Shown here in pieces: positions 43,249-52,629 of a stretch of 64,000 bases of DNA. The notes beneath the pieces are model-generated. The model did no database searches and had not been told where the DNA came from. It saw only the letters and a list, made by a program, of their open reading frames with translations. Numbering within the stretch: position 1 is the stretch's first letter; every line of letters starts with the position of its first letter. The translations under genes were made by a program, and so were the position numbers. The stretch comes from an uncultured Actinomycetota bacterium (GTDB lineage Bacteria > Actinomycetota > Actinomycetes > Mycobacteriales > Mycobacteriaceae), in the NCBI GenBank assembly GCA_963830605.1, contig CAWHML010000007.1, positions 30,053 through 94,052 of the forward strand, written 5' to 3'.

Positions 43249-43731
43249 ATGGACGTCAAAGAGGTGCTCATCCCCGGCATCGGCTTGCGGTACGAATTCA
43301 AAAGTCACGACGGCGACCGCATCGGGATCGTGGCCCGGCGAAGCGGCGACTTCGAGATCGTGCTCTACGCTCACGACGATCCGGACCAGGCTCGACCGGT
43401 CTTCCACCTCACCGACGAAGAGGCCGACGCCGTCGCCCAAATCCTCGGCGCGCCCAAAATCGCCGAACGCTTCACCGAGCTGACCTCCGAAATTCCCGGA
43501 ATCGACGCCGGCCAGGTGCGGTTGGTGGCAGGCAGCCCTTTCGTGGACCGGCCGCTGGGTGAGACTCACGCCCGGACCCGAACCGGCGCGTCGATAGTGG
43601 CGATTGTGCGTCAGGACCAAGTGCTCGCTTCACCGAGCCCGGCCGAGGTATTACGGGCAGACGATGTGCTGGTCGTGATCGGCACCCACGACGGAATCGC
43701 CGGAGTCGAGCAGCTCGTCGACAAAGGCTGA
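43249..43731 (+). CDS. Cation:proton antiporter regulatory subunit (TrkA-C/RCK_C; Rv3237c ortholog)
   Basis: MDVKEVLIPGIGLRYEF...RTRTGASIVAIVR. Confidence 0.9.
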   Translation: MDVKEVLIPGIGLRYEFKSHDGDRIGIVARRSGDFEIVLYAHDDPDQARPVFHLTDEEADAVAQILGAPKIAERFTELTSEIPGIDAGQVRLVAGSPFVDRPLGETHARTRTGASIVAIVRQDQVLASPSPAEVLRADDVLVVIGTHDGIAGVEQLVDKG

Positions 43732-43734
43732 TCC

Positions 43735-44892
43735 GTGGAAGTTTCGGTGCCGTTGCTGCTGGAGCTCGGCACCGTCCTGACTTTGCTTGCGTTGTTGGCT
43801 TCTGTCGCACGCCGATTCGCCCTCTCCCCGATACCGGTGTATCTGCTGGCCGGTTTGGGGCTGGGTAACGGCGGCATAGCACCGGTTGGCGCGGCGGGCC
43901 AATTCATCACTACGGGTGCGCCGATCGGTCTGGTACTGCTGCTGCTCACGTTGGGCCTGGAATTCTCGGCCACCGAATTCGCCAGCAGCCTGCGTCGCCA
44001 TCTGCCCTCGGCCGGCGTCGATGTCGTGCTCAACGCCACGCCGGGCGCAGTAGCGGGCTGGCTGCTCGGGCTCGACGGGATCGGTGTCCTAGCCCTGGCC
44101 GGCGTCACCTACGTCTCCTCCTCGGGTCTGATCGCACGCCTCCTCGAGGACTTACATCGACTCGCCAACCGAGAAACCCCGGCGGTGCTCGCCTTGCTGG
44201 TGCTCGAGGACTTCGCCATGGCTGCTTACCTGCCATTCCTGGCCGTGCTGGCCTCCGGCCGCAGTTGGGCGCTGGCAGTCGGCTGGATGGCAGCCGCGGT
44301 CTTCGCGCTGTGGCTGGCGTTCACCGCGTCGTATCGCTGGGGTCACCATTTCGGCAGGTTGGTCGGCCATCCGGATTCCGAGCAGCTGCTGCTGCGAGTG
44401 TTGGGCATCACGCTGATCGTCGCGGCGCTGGCCGAGCATGTGCACGCCTCGTCCGCGGTGGGCGCCTTCCTGGTCGGGCTGACGTTGACCGGGGAGACCG
44501 CGGACCGGGCCCGCAAGGTGCTGGGACCGCTGCGCGATCTGTTCGCCGCGATCTTTTTCCTCAGCATCGGAGTGTCGGTCGATCCGCATCAGTTGGTGCC
44601 GGTGCTTCCAGTGGCCGTTGCACTCGCCGCCGTCACCGCAGCGACGAAGGTCGCCACCGGAGTGTTTGCGGCGCGCCAAGAGGGGGTGGCCCGTCGAGGG
44701 CAATGGCGCGCAGGCGCCACGCTGATTGCGCGGGCGGAGTTCTCGCTCATCATCATCGGTCTGGTCGGCTCGTCGGTTGCGGGGCTGGCCCCCCTTGCTA
44801 TGGCATACGTCTTCGTCGTCGCGACCGTCGGCCCGGTGCTGGCCCGCTTCGCCGGAGGCCCCGTACCGGTGGCGCACCGCAAGCCGGCGTAA
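43735..44892 (+). CDS. CPA2 cation:proton antiporter (Rv3236c/KefB-like)
   Basis: Hydrophobic TM helices; LLLTLGLEFS, SSSGLIA, LVLEDF and PLRDLFAAIFF. Confidence 0.92.
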   Translation: MEVSVPLLLELGTVLTLLALLASVARRFALSPIPVYLLAGLGLGNGGIAPVGAAGQFITTGAPIGLVLLLLTLGLEFSATEFASSLRRHLPSAGVDVVLNATPGAVAGWLLGLDGIGVLALAGVTYVSSSGLIARLLEDLHRLANRETPAVLALLVLEDFAMAAYLPFLAVLASGRSWALAVGWMAAAVFALWLAFTASYRWGHHFGRLVGHPDSEQLLLRVLGITLIVAALAEHVHASSAVGAFLVGLTLTGETADRARKVLGPLRDLFAAIFFLSIGVSVDPHQLVPVLPVAVALAAVTAATKVATGVFAARQEGVARRGQWRAGATLIARAEFSLIIIGLVGSSVAGLAPLAMAYVFVVATVGPVLARFAGGPVPVAHRKPA

Positions 44893-44903
44893 CGCCGTCG
44901 CGG

Positions 44904-45494
44904 TCAGCCGATGTGCAGAGCCACCACCTGCCACTGCACTCCGTCAGCCACCCGAACCTGGGCGACCCGGCAGGCAATAGCGTGAATGCGGCGTCCACGG
45001 CTATATGTGCCGAACACCTCGGCCGCAGCGACCGGCCGCAGCGAATCCTCGTTGCCGACGGCCTGCAGTCGAAGCCGCCGAAGCACTGCCGCGGTGTGTT
45101 GGCCGACGGTCACCCGGTTCGCCGCCAGAACGGAGTCCACCAAAGGGCTGGAGAGCAGCGGGCGCAGCTGAGAGGCCGGCCGGCGGCGGTCGATGACTTC
45201 CAGGACCCGGCGCAGAGCGGCGTCGGCGAACACGGCCGCCGGCCGCAATGTCGGTGACATCGTGTCGACGGGCTTCCGGTTGTCGCAGTCGCGGGTGAGG
45301 CGTGGCGTTCGGCACCGCAACACCGGCGACAGCGGTGCACACTGCCGGACGTCACGGGCCGGCGGCTCATAGTCGACAACGGGCCGCACAGCATCAACCG
45401 CGTGGTCGGTGGGATTGATGGTCACGGGCACACTCCAGCGGTCGACCGATCGGGGCGAGCCTGCCGGGGAGTCACAGACAGCTGCCGTCATCAT
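44904..45494 (-). CDS. Rv3235 family protein
   Basis: RPVVDYEPP; AALRRVLEVIDRRRPASQLRPL; AAEVFGTYSRGRRIHAIACR. Confidence 0.85.
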   Translation of the reverse strand: MMTAAVCDSPAGSPRSVDRWSVPVTINPTDHAVDAVRPVVDYEPPARDVRQCAPLSPVLRCRTPRLTRDCDNRKPVDTMSPTLRPAAVFADAALRRVLEVIDRRRPASQLRPLLSSPLVDSVLAANRVTVGQHTAAVLRRLRLQAVGNEDSLRPVAAAEVFGTYSRGRRIHAIACRVAQVRVADGVQWQVVALHIG

Positions 45495-45598
45495 GGCATA
45501 ACCGGCGCATTCGCGTACCCGCTCGGCCTGGCACCTGTGTTGGCAGATACCGTGGGCGACAACATCAATGGTTTCGGAGCTAGCGAGGGGGACCGGAA

Positions 45599-47005
45599 GT
45601 GACGCGCTTGTCCACTTCGGACGCGTCCTTCTATCAGCTGGAGAATACCGACACGCCGATGTATGTCGGGACCTTGCTGATCTTGCGCAAGCCGCGCGCC
45701 GGCTTGAGTTACGAGACGTTGCTGTCCACTGTCGAACAGCGGCTCCCGCAGATCCCGCGGTACCGGCAGAAGGTTCGCAAAGTGACGTTGGGCTTGGCGC
45801 GGCCGGTATGGGTCGACGACCGCGACTTCGACATCACGTACCACATTCGCCGGTCCGCGCTGCCGTCGCCGGGCAGCGAGGATCAACTTCACGAACTGAT
45901 TGCGCGACTGGCCGAGCGGCCGCTGGACCAGGCTCGCCCGCTGTGGGAGATGTACCTTGTCGAGGGTCTGGCCAAGAACCGCATCGCGATCTACACCAAA
46001 TCCCATCAAGCGCTGGTCAACGGGGTAACGGCCCTGGCGCTCGCGCATGTGATCGGCGACCGAACGCGCCGCCCGCCACCGTTCGCCGAGGACATTTGGG
46101 TACCGGCCCGCGAACCGAGCACAACTCAGTTGTTGCTTGGCGCCATCGCCGACTGGGTGTCCGCTCCGCGTACTCAGCTCCAGGCCGTTAGCTCCTCAGT
46201 CGCTGGGCTGGCAACGAACAACGGGGTTTTTGTTGACTTCGGCCGACGGTTCCTTGATACCGCGCGCCTGGTGGCGCGGGGCACCGCCCCGAACAGCCCA
46301 CTCAACGCTACGGTCTCCCGTAATCGGTTGTTCACGGTCGCACGCGGCCGCCTGGAGGACTACCGGACCATCCGGGCCCGATTCGACTGCGACATCAACG
46401 ATGTGGTCCTCGCGGTGGTGACAGGTGCGCTGCGGAATTGGTTGTTGTCTCGCGGTGAGGCGGTGGCACCGCCGGCGGCGGTCCGGGCAATGGCGCCGCT
46501 GTCTGTGCAATCCGAAGAGCATCATCAGTCGTTCAGCCCGGGTCAGGCGATCGGCCAGGTGATGCCCTTCCTGGTCGATCTGCCGGTAGGGGAGGGCAAT
46601 GCGGTTATACGGCTGTCCCAGATCTCGCACGCCACCGAATCGCATCCAGCAGCGGCCAGCCGCGTGGACGCTCAAACCATCGTCACCTTGTCGGGCTTCG
46701 CGCCACCGACTTTGCACGCCATGGCGGTACGGGTGGCGACCACTTTCGCTGCCCGCTCGTTCAACCTGTTGATCACCAATGCACCGGGTGCCCAGTCGCA
46801 GATTTACATTGCCGGTGCCAAACTGCTGGAGTCCTTCACGGTGCCGCCGCTACTGCACAATCAAGCTCTGGCCATCGGAGTGACCTCCTACAACGGCATG
46901 CTCTACTACGCGATCAACGCCGACCGCAAAGCGATGAGCGACGTCCACGTGATGCCGACGCTGATGCAGGAAGCGCTCAATGAGCTGCTGGAAGCAGCAC
47001 AGTAG
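45599..47005 (+). CDS. tgs3: Wax ester/triacylglycerol synthase (WS/DGAT), single ORF covering Rv3234c+Rv3233c
   Basis: MTRLSTSDASFYQLE, RPLWEMYLVEGL, KSHQALVNG and NLLITNAPG. Confidence 0.85.
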   Translation: MTRLSTSDASFYQLENTDTPMYVGTLLILRKPRAGLSYETLLSTVEQRLPQIPRYRQKVRKVTLGLARPVWVDDRDFDITYHIRRSALPSPGSEDQLHELIARLAERPLDQARPLWEMYLVEGLAKNRIAIYTKSHQALVNGVTALALAHVIGDRTRRPPPFAEDIWVPAREPSTTQLLLGAIADWVSAPRTQLQAVSSSVAGLATNNGVFVDFGRRFLDTARLVARGTAPNSPLNATVSRNRLFTVARGRLEDYRTIRARFDCDINDVVLAVVTGALRNWLLSRGEAVAPPAAVRAMAPLSVQSEEHHQSFSPGQAIGQVMPFLVDLPVGEGNAVIRLSQISHATESHPAAASRVDAQTIVTLSGFAPPTLHAMAVRVATTFAARSFNLLITNAPGAQSQIYIAGAKLLESFTVPPLLHNQALAIGVTSYNGMLYYAINADRKAMSDVHVMPTLMQEALNELLEAAQ

Positions 47006-47034
47006 CCGGTGTCCAAGGCCGCTACAGTCGCCTG

Positions 47035-47526
47035 ATGCGGGTCTACCTCCCGGCGACGCTGACCATGCTGCAGCAGCTGGTCGCCGAAGGGTCGTTGTGG
47101 CCCGTCAACGGCACCGGATTCGCGGTGACGCCGCGGTTGCGGGAGGCCTACGCTCAGGGCGACGACGACGAGTTGGGCGAGGTGGCACTGCGTGATGCCG
47201 CGCTGGCCTCGCTGCGGCTGCTTGCTGGTTCTGAGGAGTCGCCGCGGCGCCGAGCGGTGCTCGTCGCTGACGTCGACGATGTGACGCCGCGGCCGGATCT
47301 CGACGATGCGGTGGTCCGCCTCGGCCGCCCGGTCGCCATGGAAGATGTTGTCGCCGCATTTGTGGACAACGCGGCTGCGGAAGCGGCTGTGACGGCAGCG
47401 ATCGCCGTCGTGGACGATGCTGACTTGGGCGATGAGGACGCTGAACTGCTGGTCGGCGACGCCCAAGACCACGACCTGGCGTGGTACGCGACCCAGGAGC
47501 TGCCGTTCCTGCTCGACTTGCTGTAG
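47035..47526 (+). CDS. Conserved hypothetical protein (Rv3231c ortholog)
   Basis: [12 protein letters not shown]...[15 protein letters not shown]. Confidence 0.88.
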   Translation: MRVYLPATLTMLQQLVAEGSLWPVNGTGFAVTPRLREAYAQGDDDELGEVALRDAALASLRLLAGSEESPRRRAVLVADVDDVTPRPDLDDAVVRLGRPVAMEDVVAAFVDNAAAEAAVTAAIAVVDDADLGDEDAELLVGDAQDHDLAWYATQELPFLLDLL

Positions 47527-47551
47527 CACAGTGCCAAAACGAATCCGACCG

Positions 47552-47571
47552 AAGTTACGGTACCGTAGGTT
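47552..47571. promoter_or_regulatory. Candidate operator, TACG-N4-CGTA family
   Basis: AAGTTACGGTACCGTAGGTT, 16/20 identical to the site upstream of desA3. Confidence 0.55.
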
Positions 47572-47620
47572 GCAGCAGCGGGTTCGGGGCTACTCCGACC
47601 CTCATCCTGCAGGAGTTTCC

Positions 47621-48757
47621 ATGACCAGAAAAACCGCGAAGGTGACGGCTGAGGTCGTCGACACCCGACGCCCCACTGTCGCCGGCGTCGACAAGCATCC
47701 CGGTTGGCATCGGGTACGCAGGGCCGTCTCGCGGATCACGACGCCGCTGCTGCCAGATGACTATTTGCATCTGGCGAATCCGCTGTGGACCGCCCGTGAG
47801 GTGCGGGGCCGGGTGCTGGAGGTCCGCCGGGAGACTGAGGACTCGGCGACGCTGGTAATCAAACCGGGTTGGGGCTTCACCTTCGACTACCAGCCCGGCC
47901 AGTACATCGGAATCGGTGTGCCGGTGCAAGGCCGCTGGCGGTGGCGATCGTATTCGTTGACCTCCAGCCCTGTGACACGGGCGCGCACCATCACCATCAC
48001 AGTCAAGGCGATGCCAGAAGGTTTTCTGTCAAGCCATCTGGTCGAGGGCGTCGCGCCGGGAACCATCGTCCGGTTGGCAGCACCGCAAGGCAACTTCGTG
48101 TTACCGGACCCGGCACCGCCGGAAATCCTGTTCATCACCGCCGGATCGGGCATCACGCCAGTGATGTCGATGCTGCGCACCTTGGTTCGTCGCGAACAGC
48201 TCACCGATGTGGTCCACCTGCATTCAGCTCCTACCGTCGCCGATGTGATGTTCGCCGCGGAGCTTGACCAGCTGAACCGCGATCATGGCGGATACAAATT
48301 GCAATTGCGCACGACGCGAAGCCAGGGTCGGGTTGACCTTGATCGACTGGATGGTGAAGTGCCGGACTGGCGGGTGCGCCACGCCTGGGCGTGCGGACCT
48401 GAAGCCATGCTCGACGATGCCCAACGGGTGTGGTCGGCAGCCGGGGTCTCCGAGCGGCTGAACCTCGAGCGGTTTGCGGTGTCGCGCGCGGCCCCGGCCG
48501 GGGCCGGCGGGACCGTGACCTTCGCGAAGTCCGGAAAGAGCGCCGTCGCCGACGCGGCCACCTCGCTGATGGACGCCGGCGAGCGGGCGGGTGTGCAAAT
48601 GCCCTTCGGCTGCCGGATGGGTATTTGTCAGTCGTGTGTGGTCGACCTGCTCGAAGGCCACGTTCGTGACTTGCGGAGTGGCGATGAGCACGAACCGGGT
48701 ACTCGCATTCAGACCTGCATCTCCTCAGCATCCGGGGACTGCGTGCTGGACGTGTAA
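47621..48757 (+). CDS. NADPH oxidoreductase partner of DesA3 (ferredoxin reductase family, Rv3230c ortholog)
   Basis: [25 protein letters not shown] and 2Fe-2S motif [10 protein letters not shown]. Confidence 0.93.
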   Translation: MTRKTAKVTAEVVDTRRPTVAGVDKHPGWHRVRRAVSRITTPLLPDDYLHLANPLWTAREVRGRVLEVRRETEDSATLVIKPGWGFTFDYQPGQYIGIGVPVQGRWRWRSYSLTSSPVTRARTITITVKAMPEGFLSSHLVEGVAPGTIVRLAAPQGNFVLPDPAPPEILFITAGSGITPVMSMLRTLVRREQLTDVVHLHSAPTVADVMFAAELDQLNRDHGGYKLQLRTTRSQGRVDLDRLDGEVPDWRVRHAWACGPEAMLDDAQRVWSAAGVSERLNLERFAVSRAAPAGAGGTVTFAKSGKSAVADAATSLMDAGERAGVQMPFGCRMGICQSCVVDLLEGHVRDLRSGDEHEPGTRIQTCISSASGDCVLDV

Positions 48758-48770
48758 AAGCTACTAACTG

Positions 48771-48807
48771 GTAACCTACGGTTTCGTAGGTTACGATAGC
48801 GTAGGTG
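48771..48807. promoter_or_regulatory. Tandem candidate operators upstream of desA3
   Basis: Perfect IR GTAACCTACG-GTTT-CGTAGGTTAC (48771-48794) overlapping a second TACG-ATAG-CGTA site. Confidence 0.6.
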
Positions 48808-48836
48808 CGACTGCACGACGGGAAGGCAACCAAACG

Positions 48837-50123
48837 ATGGCGATCACTGACGTCGACGTATTCACACATTTGACCGATACCGATATTGACAACCTGGCGA
48901 CGGAGCTGGATGCCATCCGCCAGGACATCGAGGACTCGCGGGGCGAGCGGGACGCTCGCTACATCCACCGCACGATCGCCGCTCAGCGGGCGCTGGAAGT
49001 CGCCGGCCGAGTGCTGCTGGCAGCAAGCAAGCGCAGATCAGCCTGGTGGGCGGGTACGGTGACTCTCGGTGTGGCCAAGATCATCGAGAACATGGAAATC
49101 GGCCACAACGTCATGCACGGCCAATGGGACTGGATGAACGACCCGGAGATCCACTCTTCCACCTGGGAGTGGGACATGAGTGGATCGTCCAAGCACTGGC
49201 GGTACACGCACAACTTCTTGCATCACAAGTACGCCAACATCCTCGGCATGGATGACGACGTCGGCTACGGCATGCTGCGCGTCACCCGCGATCAGCGCTG
49301 GAAGCGTTTCAACCTGCTCAACCTGGTGTTCAACACCGTGCTTGCGTTGGGATTCGAGTGGGGAGTCGGTCTGCAGCACGTGGAGATCGGCAAGATTGTC
49401 ATGGGCCGAGCGGACCAAGAGGAGGCCCAGGCGCGGATTGACGAGTTCCTGGCCAAAGCCGGCCGGCAGGTGGTCAAGGACTACGTAGCGTTCCCGGCGC
49501 TGACGTCACTGTCACCCGGCGCGTCGTACACCTCCACGCTCAAGGCCAATGCGCTGGCGAATGTGATCCGCAACGTGTGGGCGAACGCCGTCATCTTCTG
49601 TGGCCACTTCCCCGACGGTGCGGAGAAGTTCACCAAGACCGACATGATCGGTGAGACCAAGGGTCAGTGGTATCTGCGCCAGATGCTCGGCAGCGCCAAC
49701 TTCAACGCCGGGCCTGCATTGCGATTCATGAGCGGCAACTTGTGCCTGCAGATCGAACACCATCTGTATCCCGATCTGCCCAGCAACCGGCTCGCCGAAA
49801 TTTCGGTGCGGGTGCGCGAGATCTGCGACAAATACGACTTGCCGTACACGACAGGCCCGTTCCTGCTGCAATACGCCAAGACGTGGCGCACGCTGGCCAA
49901 GCTGTCGCTGCCGGACAAGTACCTACGGGACACCCCCGACAACGCTCCTGAGACGCGCAGTGAGCGGATGTTCGCCAGTCTGGAGCCGGGTTTCATCGGC
50001 ACCGATGCAGCGACCGGTCGCCGGCGTGGCTTGAAAAGCGCCATCGCCGCCGTGCGGGGTTGGCGACGGGACAAGCGGGCGAAAGCGCAAGCGGCCCGGC
50101 GCCCGAACGACCTGGCAGCTTAG
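48837..50123 (+). CDS. desA3: Stearoyl-CoA 9-desaturase DesA3
   Basis: MAITDVDVFTHL; His boxes HNVMHGQW, HNFLHH and QIEHHLYP. Confidence 0.96.
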   Translation: MAITDVDVFTHLTDTDIDNLATELDAIRQDIEDSRGERDARYIHRTIAAQRALEVAGRVLLAASKRRSAWWAGTVTLGVAKIIENMEIGHNVMHGQWDWMNDPEIHSSTWEWDMSGSSKHWRYTHNFLHHKYANILGMDDDVGYGMLRVTRDQRWKRFNLLNLVFNTVLALGFEWGVGLQHVEIGKIVMGRADQEEAQARIDEFLAKAGRQVVKDYVAFPALTSLSPGASYTSTLKANALANVIRNVWANAVIFCGHFPDGAEKFTKTDMIGETKGQWYLRQMLGSANFNAGPALRFMSGNLCLQIEHHLYPDLPSNRLAEISVRVREICDKYDLPYTTGPFLLQYAKTWRTLAKLSLPDKYLRDTPDNAPETRSERMFASLEPGFIGTDAATGRRRGLKSAIAAVRGWRRDKRAKAQAARRPNDLAA

Positions 50124-50144
50124 CGCCCGTCGCCGCTTCTGCGC

Positions 50145-50200
50145 GAGCGTGCGCAGTTGTACGCGGTTCAGCAGCTAATCGGCGGCAAAAACGAACGCTC
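50145..50200. repeat. REP-like imperfect palindrome
   Basis: gagcgtgcg...cgaacgctc arms just downstream of desA3. Confidence 0.4.
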
Positions 50201-50220
50201 TGCGTACGGCCATCCACGTT

Positions 50221-50242
50221 AGTAATACTTCTGGGTATTACT
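50221..50242. promoter_or_regulatory. TA-operon operator candidate
   Basis: Perfect IR AGTAATAC-TTCTGG-GTATTACT ending 19 nt before the antitoxin ATG. Confidence 0.65.
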
Positions 50243-50261
50243 TCCTGCTAGGCTGGCTTGT

Positions 50262-50486
50262 ATGCGGGTGACGAGCAAAGGTCAGGTAACCATTCCGCAC
50301 GCGGTGCGGCGCAAGCTTGGTATAGAGGCCGGTTCCGAGGTCGACTTCGAGTTTGACGAGTTCGGCGTCAGACTGGTGCGGAAGAAGACCGCGCGGGGAA
50401 AGTCAGTGGCACGTCGGATGCGCGGCCGCAGCACCATCGCGATGAGCACGGACGAGATCATGGCGCTCACCCGCGGCGAAGAATAG
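50262..50486 (+). CDS. AbrB/MazE/SpoVT-family antitoxin (VapB-like)
   Basis: MRVTSKGQVTIPHAVRRKLGIEAGSEVDF; C-terminal STDEIMALTRGE. Confidence 0.92.
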   Translation: MRVTSKGQVTIPHAVRRKLGIEAGSEVDFEFDEFGVRLVRKKTARGKSVARRMRGRSTIAMSTDEIMALTRGEE

Positions 50487-50493
50487 CTCATCG

Positions 50494-50895
50494 GTGGCAG
50501 GTACGCTCGTCGATTCGAATGTGCTCCTTGACTTGTTCACCGAGGATCCGCAGTGGTGTGAATGGTCTGAGACGCAGCTTGCCGATGCGTTCGACCACGG
50601 CCAAACGTTGATCAATCCGCTCGTATACGCAGAGGTCTCGATCGGCTTCGAGCGGATCGAGGATCTCGAGCAGGCGTTGCCGGAAGAGTTGGAGCGCGAG
50701 GCAGTGCCGTGGGAGGGAGCCTTTCTGGCCGGCAAATGCTTCATCGAGTACCGGCGGTTAGGAGGCCAGAAACGCTCACCGCTGCCAGACTTCTACATTG
50801 GCGCCCACGCCGCAGTAACCGGCCGCTCACTCCTGACCCGCGATCCCCGACGCTATCGATCGTTGTTTTCCCGCCTTGAGCTGATCTCGCCGTGA
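50494..50895 (+). CDS. PIN-domain ribonuclease toxin (VapC family)
   Basis: LVDSNVLLD, VYAEVS, PDFYIGAHA and LLTRD acidic PIN residues; directly after the antitoxin. Confidence 0.93.
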   Translation: MAGTLVDSNVLLDLFTEDPQWCEWSETQLADAFDHGQTLINPLVYAEVSIGFERIEDLEQALPEELEREAVPWEGAFLAGKCFIEYRRLGGQKRSPLPDFYIGAHAAVTGRSLLTRDPRRYRSLFSRLELISP

Positions 50896-50927
50896 ACGCC
50901 GCACTTATGCTGGCGATCGCTCAACCC

Positions 50928-50981
50928 GACACTGCGGTTTCGCACGAGACACGCTGGCAGAATGTACGAATCCGCAGAGTC
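50928..50981. repeat. REP-like imperfect palindrome
   Basis: gacactgcgg-tttcg ... cgaat-ccgcagagtc arms (1 mismatch in the outer 10 bp) downstream of vapC. Confidence 0.45.
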
Positions 50982-51047
50982 ACGGCTGGCTTAATGAGAT
51001 CTCGTCGCCGATCGACTTGTTAACGACCGGGCACTGACAACGCGCAG

Positions 51048-52085
51048 CTAAGCGGTGTCAACGATGCTGACCAGCTGCTCGAGAATTGCCAGCTGCTGTC
51101 GGTAGTCGCCGTCCAGCTTGGCGAGCAGCGTGGTGACGCCCACGGCGTGGTAGCGGCGCACCCGCTCGGCGATTGCCTCGGGCGTGCCGAGCAGATTCGT
51201 CAGGCGGCCGAGATCCAGCGGCACCGCGCTGCGGGCGTCGTCGTGCTTCCCGGCTTGCCACAATGTCCGCACCGTTTCGACTTCGGCGCCGTAGCCCAGC
51301 CGGGTGAAGGCGTCGTTGTAAAAATTCTGGCCGCTCGATCCGCGTGAACCCATGGCGCCGATGGTGAAGGCGTATCCGTCGGCGTGGCGACGTGCAGCGG
51401 CGTCCGCCGACGCGTCGTCGTCGTCGTGGAATTCCACGGCGACCGGGGCGACCAGGTCGAGGTCGTCGAGGGCGCGTCCGGCCCGCGACGCTCCATCTCG
51501 CAGCGGATCCAGGAAGACGTCGGCGGCCTCGGGGATGAATGCGTTGCCCAGCCAGCCGTCGGCCAGCTCTCCGGTCAGCCGCAGGTTTTGCGGACCCATC
51601 GCCGCTACGTAGACCGGTACGTGCCCAGGTCGCACCATGGGTCGCAGCGCAGCGCCGCGGCTTTCCGGCAGTGGTAGCGGGTAGATCTCGCCGGTGTGCT
51701 CCAGCCGGTCGCCGCGGCTCACCATGCGGATGATTTCGATGGTTTCCCGGGTGGCCTGCACCGGCTTGCGAAACCGCACACCATGCCAGCCCTCCATCAC
51801 CCTTGGGCCCGACGTGCCGACACCCAGCAGGAAACGGCCACCCGACAGTTCCTGCAGGCTCAGCGCTGACGTCGCCAGCAGCGCCGGGGTGCGAGAGCCC
51901 AATTGAACGACGAACGTGCCCAGGCCGATCGAAGACGTCTTGGCCGCCAGATACGCCAACCCGGTGAGCGCGTCGTAGCCCCAGACTTCAGGAATCCAGA
52001 GCGACGCGACGCCGATCCGCTCGGCGGCTACCGCAAAGTCGACCGCACCCGGCAGGCGGGGTTCGACGATGGCGCCGACTTTCAT
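51048..52085 (-). CDS. LLM-class (luciferase-like, probably F420-dependent) oxidoreductase
   Basis: WIPEVWGYDA, RFLLGVGTSGP, PVYVAAMGPQNLRLTGELADGW. Confidence 0.9.
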   Translation of the reverse strand: MKVGAIVEPRLPGAVDFAVAAERIGVASLWIPEVWGYDALTGLAYLAAKTSSIGLGTFVVQLGSRTPALLATSALSLQELSGGRFLLGVGTSGPRVMEGWHGVRFRKPVQATRETIEIIRMVSRGDRLEHTGEIYPLPLPESRGAALRPMVRPGHVPVYVAAMGPQNLRLTGELADGWLGNAFIPEAADVFLDPLRDGASRAGRALDDLDLVAPVAVEFHDDDDASADAAARRHADGYAFTIGAMGSRGSSGQNFYNDAFTRLGYGAEVETVRTLWQAGKHDDARSAVPLDLGRLTNLLGTPEAIAERVRRYHAVGVTTLLAKLDGDYRQQLAILEQLVSIVDTA

Positions 52086-52136
52086 TGCGGTTGATTGTGG
52101 CATGCTCCGGAAGGTCTACAAGATAAGGTGCCGGTG

Positions 52137-52628
52137 ATGCGCTATCGGGATCAACCCACCATCGAAGTAACGCAGCGGGTCCCGTGCGATGTGCGCACGG
52201 CGTGGGAATACGTCACCGACATCGGCTTACCGGCGCACAACTCGCCGGAGCTGCAGGCGGTCGAGTGGCTGGGTGATTCGGACACCGTTGAAGTCGGTGC
52301 ACAGTTTCGGGGCCGCAACAAGCACGAGGCGTTCGGTGACTGGGCGACCGTATGTGAAGTCGTCGAGGTGGAGCCCGAACGCCGGTGGGTGTACAACGTC
52401 ACTGGACCGGCGGGTGTCAGCGCGACGTGGGGGTTCGAAGTCGAGCCGGCCAGCAACGGCGTGCTGGTTCGGCAGTGGGCGAAGATGGGGCCCGGGCCGT
52501 CTGGGCTGAGCCCCGCCATTGCCGCTCAGCCGGAGAAGGAAGCCCGAATCGTGGCACGTCGGTTAGCGGAGTGGCATCAGAACATGCAGGCCAATCTCGA
52601 CTGGATCGCTGCGCAGGTCGCCGGTTGA
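52137..52628 (+). CDS. SRPBCC (START-like/polyketide cyclase) family protein
   Basis: AWEYVTDI..P.HNSPELQAVEWL, GAQFRGRNKH, CEVVEVEPERRWVY. Confidence 0.88.
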   Translation: MRYRDQPTIEVTQRVPCDVRTAWEYVTDIGLPAHNSPELQAVEWLGDSDTVEVGAQFRGRNKHEAFGDWATVCEVVEVEPERRWVYNVTGPAGVSATWGFEVEPASNGVLVRQWAKMGPGPSGLSPAIAAQPEKEARIVARRLAEWHQNMQANLDWIAAQVAG

Positions 52629-52629
52629 G

